A DNA stretch of 12,813 bases from Capsulimonadales bacterium (GTDB taxonomy: Bacteria > Armatimonadota > Armatimonadia > Armatimonadales > Armatimonadaceae): assembly GCA_033762295.1 (NCBI GenBank), contig JANRLW010000055.1:1-12813 (forward strand). Direction: 5' to 3'. Shown in pieces: positions 7,210-12,813 of this stretch. Under the pieces are notes generated by a model, which ran no database searches, had not been told where the DNA came from, and saw only the letters and a list, made by a program, of their open reading frames with translations. The position numbers were made by a program, and so were the translations under genes. The number at the start of each line of letters is the position of its first letter. The stretch's first letter is position 1.

Positions 7210-8877
7210 ATGCCTACCGATATTGAAATCGCGCAGAGCGTCACGCCACGACCGATCGCCGACGTCGCCGCCGACCTCGCGCTCTCTGCCGGGGAGTACG
7301 AACTCTTCGGGCGGCACAAAGCCAAGATCGCTCTCTCCGTTCTCGATCGTTTGCAGGACCGACCGAACGGGAAACTGGTGCTGGTGACGGCGATCACGCC
7401 GACTCCGGCCGGCGAGGGGAATACGACGATGACCGTCGGTCTGGCGCAGGGACTCAACCGGATCGGAACCCGCTGTGTCGCCGCCCTGCGCGAACCGTCC
7501 CTCGGTCCGGTGTTCGGACAGAAGGGGGGCGCGACCGGCGGAGGCTGGTCACAGGTGCTGCCGATGGAGGAGATCAACCTCCACTTCACCGGCGACCTGC
7601 ACGCCATCACGGCGGCCAATAACCTGCTGGCCGCCCTGATCGACAATCATCTGCAGAGCGGGAACGCTCTGCGACTGGAACCCCGCACCCTCACCTGGAA
7701 ACGCTGCCTGGATATGAACGACCGCGCCCTGCGCGACATCCTGACCGGACTGGGCGGTAAATCCGAAGGGGTCCCGCGCGAAACGGGATTCGAGATTACC
7801 GCCGCCTCCGAGGTAATGGCGGTGCTTTGCCTGTCCGAGGGAATCGCCGATCTGAAGGAACGGCTGCGGCGGATCGTCGTGGGAACCAATACCGAGAACG
7901 AACCGGTCACCGCCGGGGAACTGCAGGCGGTCGGTGCGATGACCGCGCTTCTGAAGGATGCTCTGATGCCGAATCTGGTGCAGACCATCGAAGGGACTCC
8001 GGCGATCCTCCACGGCGGACCGTTCGCCAACATCGCTCATGGTTGTAACTCGGTGCTCGCGACCCGCCTGGCGTTGAAACTGGGCGACGTCTGCGTTACC
8101 GAGGCCGGGTTCGGAGCGGACCTCGGGGCGGAAAAGTTCCTCGATATCAAGATGCGACAGAGCGGACTCGCGCCCTCGGCGGCGGTGGTCGTGGCCACTA
8201 TCCGCGCCCTCAAATTTCACGGCGGGGTCGGGCCGGACGCTTTCAAAACCGAGAATGTCGCGGCGGTCGAAGCGGGATTCGCCAACCTGGAACGGCACAT
8301 TACCAACCTGCGGAAGTTCGGTCTGCCGGTCGTGGTCGCCATCAACCGCTTCACGGACGATACAGAGGCCGAAATCGCGGCGCTCAGGGCGCGTTGCGCC
8401 GCCGTGGAAGCGCCGGTCGCTCTGGCGAACGTCTGGGGCGAGGGCGGTAAGGGTGCGGAGGAACTGGCCCGACTGGTTCTGGACGCACTGGAATCGGGCG
8501 CCGATTTTCGCTTCCTCTATCCGGACGAGATGCCGTTGCGACGGAAGATCGAGACGATCGCCCGTGAGATCTACCGCGCGGAGAAGGTCGAGTTCGCCCC
8601 GGCGGCCGTGAACCGACTGGCCTATCTGCGACGACGCGGTTACGACCGTCTGCCCGTGTGTATCGCCAAGACCCAGTACTCCTTTTCGGACGATCCGGAA
8701 CGGCGTGGCGCGCCGACCGGACATTCGCTGACGATCCGGGATGTCAAACTATCCGCGGGGGCGGGGTTCGTCGTCGCCTATGCCGGAACCCTGCTCACCA
8801 TGCCCGGTCTTCCCAAACGACCGGCGGCGGTCGATATCGATACGGACGAGCAGGGCGTCATCACCGGCCTGTTCTGA
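7210..8877 (+). CDS. fhs: Formate--tetrahydrofolate ligase (555 aa)
   Basis: MPTDIEIAQS start. Signatures LREPSLGPVFG.KGGATGGG, INLHFTGD.HAIT, HGGPFANIAHGCNS, TEAGFGADLGAEKF, CIAKTQYSFSDDP, MPGLPKRPAA and C-terminal ITGLF. The P-loop reads GEGNTT instead of GEGKTT. Confidence 0.97.
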   Translation: MPTDIEIAQSVTPRPIADVAADLALSAGEYELFGRHKAKIALSVLDRLQDRPNGKLVLVTAITPTPAGEGNTTMTVGLAQGLNRIGTRCVAALREPSLGPVFGQKGGATGGGWSQVLPMEEINLHFTGDLHAITAANNLLAALIDNHLQSGNALRLEPRTLTWKRCLDMNDRALRDILTGLGGKSEGVPRETGFEITAASEVMAVLCLSEGIADLKERLRRIVVGTNTENEPVTAGELQAVGAMTALLKDALMPNLVQTIEGTPAILHGGPFANIAHGCNSVLATRLALKLGDVCVTEAGFGADLGAEKFLDIKMRQSGLAPSAAVVVATIRALKFHGGVGPDAFKTENVAAVEAGFANLERHITNLRKFGLPVVVAINRFTDDTEAEIAALRARCAAVEAPVALANVWGEGGKGAEELARLVLDALESGADFRFLYPDEMPLRRKIETIAREIYRAEKVEFAPAAVNRLAYLRRRGYDRLPVCIAKTQYSFSDDPERRGAPTGHSLTIRDVKLSAGAGFVVAYAGTLLTMPGLPKRPAAVDIDTDEQGVITGLF

Positions 8878-8893
8878 GGTCGACGGCGCGATC

Positions 8894-8938
8894 AAAAATA
8901 AAACGCCCCCGGAAGCGAGCGTATCGCTTCCGGGGGCG
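8894..8938 (-). terminator. Rho-independent terminator of the rplK-rplA transcript (the hairpin may also serve convergent fhs)
   Basis: 15-bp stem CGCCCCCGGAAGCGA/TCGCTTCCGGGGGCG (8904-8938), 5-nt loop, followed on the minus strand by TTTTATTTTT. Confidence 0.88.
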
Positions 8939-8943
8939 GACCG

Positions 8944-8967
8944 GACAGACCCTCAGACAGACCCTCA
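8944..8967. repeat. 12-bp tandem duplication GACAGACCCTCA x2 that includes the rplA stop codon
   Basis: Copies at 8944-8955 and 8956-8967; the minus strand reads TGA GGG TCT GTC TGA GGG TCT GTC. Confidence 0.75.
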
Positions 8968-9702
8968 GGCTTTTTCGGCCATGGCGGTGGCCCGCTGCAG
9001 ATCGACGTCGATACCGGGACCCATGGTGGCGGAGACGGTAATCTTCTTGATGTACCGACCCTTGGCCGTGGCGGGCTTCGCTTTGAGCAGAGCGTTCAGC
9101 AGAACGTTCATGTTTTCCAGCAACTGTTCCGGCGGGAAGGACGCCTTCCCGATCGGAGCATGGATGATACCGCTTTTCTCGACGCGGTAGGCCACGCGGG
9201 TCGCCTTCTTGATCGCGTTGACGACGCGGGTGACGTCGGTGGTGACGGTGCCGGACTTCGGGTTGGGCATGCGCGGTCCGAGCGTTCGACCGAGCTTACC
9301 GACCGCGGGCATCATATCCGGCGTCGCCACGAGGACGTCGAAGTCGCGCCAGCCGTTCTGGATTTTGGCGATCAGGTCATCGGCGCCGACGGTGTCCGCC
9401 CCCGCCGCCTGCGCGGCTTCGGCCGCCGGGCCTTTGGCGAACACGGCGACCTTCTGGGTCTTCCCGGTGCCGTGGGGAAGATCGGTGGTGCCGCGAACCA
9501 CCTGATCGCCCTGTCGCGGATCGACTCCGAGGCGAACGGCGATATCGACCGTGCTGTCGAACTTGGTGGAGGAGGTCGCCTTGACCAGGGCGAGCGCTTC
9601 GGACGGTTCGTACTCCTTGAGTGCTTCGACCTTGGCCTTTTCGGTGATGTAGCGCTTGGACAGCTTATAGAGGCCGCGCTTGCGGCGTTCCTGTTTCGTC
9701 AT
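8965..9702 (-). CDS. rplA: 50S ribosomal protein L1 (uL1)
   Basis: [78 protein letters not shown]; directly downstream of rplK. Confidence 0.98.
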   Translation of the reverse strand: MTKQERRKRGLYKLSKRYITEKAKVEALKEYEPSEALALVKATSSTKFDSTVDIAVRLGVDPRQGDQVVRGTTDLPHGTGKTQKVAVFAKGPAAEAAQAAGADTVGADDLIAKIQNGWRDFDVLVATPDMMPAVGKLGRTLGPRMPNPKSGTVTTDVTRVVNAIKKATRVAYRVEKSGIIHAPIGKASFPPEQLLENMNVLLNALLKAKPATAKGRYIKKITVSATMGPGIDVDLQRATAMAEKA

Positions 9703-9715
9703 TTTCGGTTTCCTC

Positions 9716-10141
9716 CTAATCCTTGATATTGACGCCCATCGAGCGTGCGGTGCCGGCGATGATATTCATCGCTCCATCAATATCGTTCGCGTTCAGATCC
9801 GGCAGTTTGGTCTGCGCGATCTGGCGAAGCTGATCCCGGGTAAGCGTCCCGACCTTGGTTTTGTTGGGGGTGCCGGAACCGGAGGGAATGCCGAGCGCCT
9901 TCTTGATCAGGTCCGACGCGGGCGGCGTTTTCGTGATAAACACGAACGAGCGGTCATCGTAGATGGTGATTTCCACCGGAACGATCGAACCGATCATATC
10001 CGCCGTCTTCGCGTTGTAGTCCTTGATGAACTGCATCATGTTAATGCCGTATCCACCGAGCGCGGGGCCGATGGGCGGCGCAGGGGTCGCTTTACCCGCA
10101 TTGATCGCGAGTTTCACGACGCCGACGACTTTCTTCGCCAT
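9716..10141 (-). CDS. rplK: 50S ribosomal protein L11 (uL11)
   Basis: MAKKV..VKL...[18 protein letters not shown]...F...YN, KTPPAS.L, DLNA.D...A...[16 protein letters not shown]. Confidence 0.98.
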   Translation of the reverse strand: MAKKVVGVVKLAINAGKATPAPPIGPALGGYGINMMQFIKDYNAKTADMIGSIVPVEITIYDDRSFVFITKTPPASDLIKKALGIPSGSGTPNKTKVGTLTRDQLRQIAQTKLPDLNANDIDGAMNIIAGTARSMGVNIKD

Positions 10142-10180
10142 ACGTTTTCCTCTGCGTCCTGCCCGTGCAGGGACGCATTA

Positions 10181-10224
10181 GTAGTATTAACGGCAAAGCC
10201 TTTCAGATTTGCTCTGCCTCCTAC
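10181..10224 (-). promoter_or_regulatory. Putative uL1-binding autoregulatory RNA element in the rplK leader
   Basis: Minus strand reads GUAG-GA-GGCAGAGC-(11 nt)-GCUUUGCC-GUUAAUA-CUAC: two helices flanking an asymmetric internal loop. This resembles, from memory, the E. coli rplK leader L1 site (GGGGAGCC...GGCGUUAUUACCC), and it sits at the expected position. Confidence 0.75.
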
Positions 10225-10226
10225 GA

Positions 10227-10252
10227 ACCGATCGTGCCGGGGCACGATCGGT
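10227..10252. other. 11-bp perfect hairpin starting at the nusG stop codon
   Basis: ACCGATCGTGC-cggg-GCACGATCGGT; no T-tract on either side. Confidence 0.55.
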
Positions 10253-10776
10253 CAAAGTTTCTCGACCTGATTGTAGTCGAGTTCGACCGGGGTATCGCGT
10301 CCGAAAATGGAGATCAGAACCCGGAGCTTTTCGCGCGGTTCGTTGACCTCCTCGATCTTCCCGGTAAAGTCCGTGAACGGGCCATCGGCGACACGCACGA
10401 TCTGCCCCTTCTCCCAGAGCGAACGCGGTTTGGCGGTTCCCGGCTCCAGCGCCTCCTGGATATCCTGGACCTCCTTGTCCTGGAGCGGCACCGGCTTGTT
10501 CCCGGAGGAGACGAAACCGGTCACGCCGGAGGTGTTCTTGACCAGATGCCAGGTGGAGTCGTCCAGCACCATGTCGATCAGAACATAGCCGGGGAACACC
10601 TTGCGTTTATATTCGGTTTTCTTACCGTTGCGATTGCGGACTTCGATGTCCTTCGGGATCAGGATACGGAAGATCTTATCGCGCAGCTGGAGCATATTCG
10701 CCCGCCGCTCGATCGCCGTCTTGACCTTATCCTCATGTCCCGCGTAGGTGTGAACCGCGTACCAGTGCCGTCTCAT
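10252..10776 (-). CDS. nusG: Transcription termination/antitermination factor NusG (174 aa)
   Basis: WYAVHTYAGHEDKVK, KVFPGYVLIDM, VKNTSGVTGFV; KOW domain GQIVRVADGPFTDFTGKIEEV...IFGRDTPVELDY.QVEK. Start at ATG 10776 with AGGA SD. Confidence 0.98.
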   Translation of the reverse strand: MRRHWYAVHTYAGHEDKVKTAIERRANMLQLRDKIFRILIPKDIEVRNRNGKKTEYKRKVFPGYVLIDMVLDDSTWHLVKNTSGVTGFVSSGNKPVPLQDKEVQDIQEALEPGTAKPRSLWEKGQIVRVADGPFTDFTGKIEEVNEPREKLRVLISIFGRDTPVELDYNQVEKL

Positions 10777-10828
10777 ATCGTTTTCCTGCGAATCCCCTGC
10801 GCCAAGACGCATCAAGACGCGTCGCCCA

Positions 10829-11071
10829 TCAGCGGTTGAACAGCCGGTTGGTGATCAGCCCCAGAAGAAAATCCAGCCCGCCGCAATACACCGCGACCAC
10901 CGTGATGATGATCAACGTCACCTGGGTCAGGCGAATCAGTTCCGGGCGACTGGGCCATTCCGCCTTCTTCAATTCCGTGCGGACGCCCCGCAAATACTCG
11001 CCGAAACCCTCGAAACCGCCCGGTCGCGCGGAGCCCGGAGCCGGAGCCTTGACCTCTGTTTGTGCAGCCAT
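10829..11071 (-). CDS. secE: Preprotein translocase subunit SecE, short single-TM type (80 aa)
   Basis: EYLRGVRTELKKAEWPSRPEL followed by a TM helix and GLD. GAGGT SD 5 nt before ATG 11071; directly upstream of nusG. Confidence 0.95.
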   Translation of the reverse strand: MAAQTEVKAPAPGSARPGGFEGFGEYLRGVRTELKKAEWPSRPELIRLTQVTLIIITVVAVYCGGLDFLLGLITNRLFNR

Positions 11072-11095
11072 GATGAACCTCGAATATCGGAAAGA

Positions 11096-11125
11096 ATGGT
11101 CTTCGCCGGGAACGCGCTTTGTCAA
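11096..11125 (-). promoter_or_regulatory. Candidate proximal sigma70 promoter (P2) for secE-nusG-rplK-rplA
   Basis: Minus strand reads TTGACA-N18-GACCAT: perfect -35, weak -10. It lies downstream of the terminator at 11147-11173. Confidence 0.45.
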
Positions 11126-11146
11126 CGGATGGAAAAAAGCGACGCG

Positions 11147-11173
11147 AAAAAAACAGGGGTCCAAGCCCCTGTT
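11147..11173 (-). terminator. Intrinsic terminator between the GH130 gene/P1 promoter and secE
   Basis: Minus strand reads AACAGGGG-cttgga-CCCCTGTTTTTTT (stem followed by 7 T), with a second T6 run 8 nt further on. Confidence 0.75.
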
Positions 11174-11180
11174 ACCGGCT

Positions 11181-11209
11181 ACTGTACCATATACGGAGCT
11201 TTCTGTCAA
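11181..11209 (-). promoter_or_regulatory. Near-consensus sigma70 promoter (P1) upstream of secE
   Basis: Minus strand reads TTGACA-N17-TACAGT with an extended -10 TGn; predicted start site about 11173-11175. Confidence 0.75.
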
Positions 11210-11278
11210 ACCGTCACAGGCAGGACGAGAGATGCGCTCTACTCTTCGTCGCCGTCATCGCCGACCCATGAACGGATG

Positions 11279-12373
11279 CTAAACCGGGTATTGCAGGATA
11301 TGGTCGATAAGTTCATCCATCGGGCAGGTGGCGAGCGCAATCGCCGTATCGCAGACGCCGTAATAGAGATGGAGAAGACCCTCCTTGACCACATTGCCGC
11401 AGGGGAAGATGACATTGGGGATGTACAGACCGAACCGCTCGTAGTAGAACTCCGGCTCCATGATCGCCTGCGGGGTGCGGGCGAGAATCTTCGTCGGATC
11501 GTTCAGGTCCAGTAACATCGCCCCCTGGCGGTAGCAGACGCGCTTCGTTCGGGCATCGAGGGTCTGCACGCCATGATACAGCACTAGCCAGCCCGCATCG
11601 GTACGGATGGGCGGGGTGCTGCCTCCGATACGGTTGTCCTCCCAGGCATACTCCGCCTTGGCCAGCAATACCGGGTCGCTCCAGGTCAGCAGGTCCTCGG
11701 AGTAGGACTGCCACATCGACGGATACTCGACGCCGTATTCCGGGCCGACATACTGCAACGGACGACGCAGGACGACATACCGCCCGTCGATCTTCTCAGG
11801 GAACAGTATGACGTCCCGATCGTCGATATCGGGCGGTGTGACCCAGGCAAGGAATCGCCAGTGAACCCGGTCCTCCGAGACGGCGATGCCGCTGCGGGTG
11901 AAGTTGTCGGGCCGCCCGCCCTGAACGTTCCCCGAACCCCGGTTCGTCGCATCGACCGGGGCACGTTCGACGCCCGGAAATTCGGTCTCGTGAGACTCCG
12001 GAACCCCGATGCCGGTCGGGTGGCTGGACCAGGCAAACGGGCGAAAAGCGAACGTCAGGTAATAGAGGCCGTCGATTTTGACGATGCGCGGGTCCTGAAC
12101 GCTGCCGTACCGGCTGCCGGCCATCTCCGGAGTGAAAACCGGCTCCGGTCGGGTATGCGTGAAATGAACGCCGTCGTCGGATTCGAGCATTCCGATCGAA
12201 CACAGGAAGGGACGGAGACCGCCCGCGGCACGTTCGTAGAGGTAGAAGCGACCGTCATCGTCCAGCCAGACCGCCGGATTGAAAACGGTGGCCATCCGCC
12301 AGTCGTACAGGCCGGGAACGATGATCGGGTTTTCAGGGTGACGGGTAAATAACGCCGGGTTTGTGTTTGCCAT
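11279..12373 (-). CDS. Glycoside hydrolase family 130 protein (beta-mannoside phosphorylase/hydrolase, 5-bladed beta-propeller), 364 aa
   Basis: RHPENPII.P, VFNPA, VQDPRI.KID..YY.T, DRDVILFPEKIDGRY..LRRP, WE..RIGGSTPPIRT..GWL.LYHGV, LLDL.DP, PNVIFPCG, YYG..DT. No signal peptide. Confidence 0.9.
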   Translation of the reverse strand: MANTNPALFTRHPENPIIVPGLYDWRMATVFNPAVWLDDDGRFYLYERAAGGLRPFLCSIGMLESDDGVHFTHTRPEPVFTPEMAGSRYGSVQDPRIVKIDGLYYLTFAFRPFAWSSHPTGIGVPESHETEFPGVERAPVDATNRGSGNVQGGRPDNFTRSGIAVSEDRVHWRFLAWVTPPDIDDRDVILFPEKIDGRYVVLRRPLQYVGPEYGVEYPSMWQSYSEDLLTWSDPVLLAKAEYAWEDNRIGGSTPPIRTDAGWLVLYHGVQTLDARTKRVCYRQGAMLLDLNDPTKILARTPQAIMEPEFYYERFGLYIPNVIFPCGNVVKEGLLHLYYGVCDTAIALATCPMDELIDHILQYPV

Positions 12374-12440
12374 CGGGTTTGTCTCGGGGCGGGAGCGCCG
12401 CCCCTTATGTTACCCGACGGGTGAGCGTAAGCCGACCGGT

Positions 12441-12812
12441 TTACCGCGCGTTTCGTTTTCGTCGTCTCAGGAGGAGAGCGATCGGAGCGCCGGTCAGGAG
12501 CAGGAAGCCGACGGTGCCCGGTTCCGGGGTGACCACGGTGTTGAAATACAGGTTGTTCCCGTCCAGCGAGAAGGTTCCGGCGTACCCGCCCACGAAGTTG
12601 GTGTACCCGAAGTCGGCCGCCGTGAACCCGCTGTTGCTGCCGAAGGTGGCCAGCGTGTAGCGGAACGTGCTGGTCTGAGTCGGCAGGTTGGCGGCGATAT
12701 CGGCGGTGGCGGTGCCGGCGAAGTCGAACAGGAAGGGACCGCCTCCGCTGCCCTTGATCAGGGCCCCCGACAGGATCACCTGGTCCGAGGCGGCCGAACT
12801 GGTCCCGAGCAG
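12441..12812 (-). CDS. C-terminal part of a PEP-CTERM surface protein (autotransporter-passenger-like beta-strand region), 5'-truncated by window edge
   Basis: The frame stays open to the window end (LLGTSSAASDQVILSGAL...). Gly/Thr/Phe-rich beta-strands; ends VTPEPGTVGFLLLTGAPIALLLRRRKRNAR. Confidence 0.88.
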   Translation of the reverse strand: MLGTSSAASDQVILSGALIKGSGGGPFLFDFAGTATADIAANLPTQTSTFRYTLATFGSNSGFTAADFGYTNFVGGYAGTFSLDGNNLYFNTVVTPEPGTVGFLLLTGAPIALLLRRRKRNAR

Positions 12813-12813
12813 G

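Noticed and set aside
7549..8724. 391-aa minus-strand ORF antisense to fhs
   Set aside because: Antisense shadow of a conserved housekeeping gene.
10227..10252. Hairpin after nusG as an intrinsic terminator
   Set aside because: No U-tract on either strand.
11072..11209. 46-aa N-terminal extension of SecE from the ORF track (similar extensions for PhyH 1480, TIM barrel 3591, Fhs 7150, NusG 10815)
   Set aside because: The downstream ATGs have SD or promoter support and match family N-termini. The TTG at 11209 is part of a -35 box.
11072..11278. Possible tRNA-Trp or rpmG upstream of secE
   Set aside because: No cloverleaf, no TTCGA T-loop in a tRNA context, and no L33-like ORF.
12386..12412. 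GC hairpin GGGGCGG/CCGCCCC and nearby minus-strand TAACAT upstream of GH130
   Set aside because: Short GC stem without a U-tract on the coding strand and no matching -35; too weak to call.
1..12813. CRISPR array, IS/transposase, integrase, prophage or defence system
   Set aside because: No regularly spaced repeats, terminal inverted repeats or relevant protein motifs; nearly all sequence is explained by recognisable host genes.

Overview
GC-rich bacterial chromosomal window with no mobile element, CRISPR array, tRNA or rRNA that I can support. In order it holds: the 3' part of a PQQ-dependent glucose/sorbosone dehydrogenase-family gene; a PEP-CTERM surface protein; a PhyH-family Fe(II)/2-oxoglutarate dioxygenase; a minus-strand wzc-like/wza-like polysaccharide export pair followed by an AP-endonuclease-2/xylose-isomerase-like TIM-barrel gene; a divergent fhs; a minus-strand secE-nusG-rplK-rplA operon that terminates after rplA; a GH130 gene; and the 3' end of a second PEP-CTERM protein. 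PEP-CTERM proteins plus EPS export suggest a Gram-negative environmental lineage, possibly Armatimonadota (unverified inference). I found no clearly new multi-gene system. The best leads are: (i) a near-consensus sigma70 promoter that runs directly into an intrinsic terminator upstream of secE-nusG, a possible NusG-sensitive attenuator or tiny RNA; (ii) a Wzc whose kinase motifs and Tyr cluster are degenerate; (iii) an Fhs with Asn in place of the conserved P-loop Lys; (iv) a GAAACCTC motif shared by two intergenic regions, forming back-to-back ECF-like promoters in one of them.
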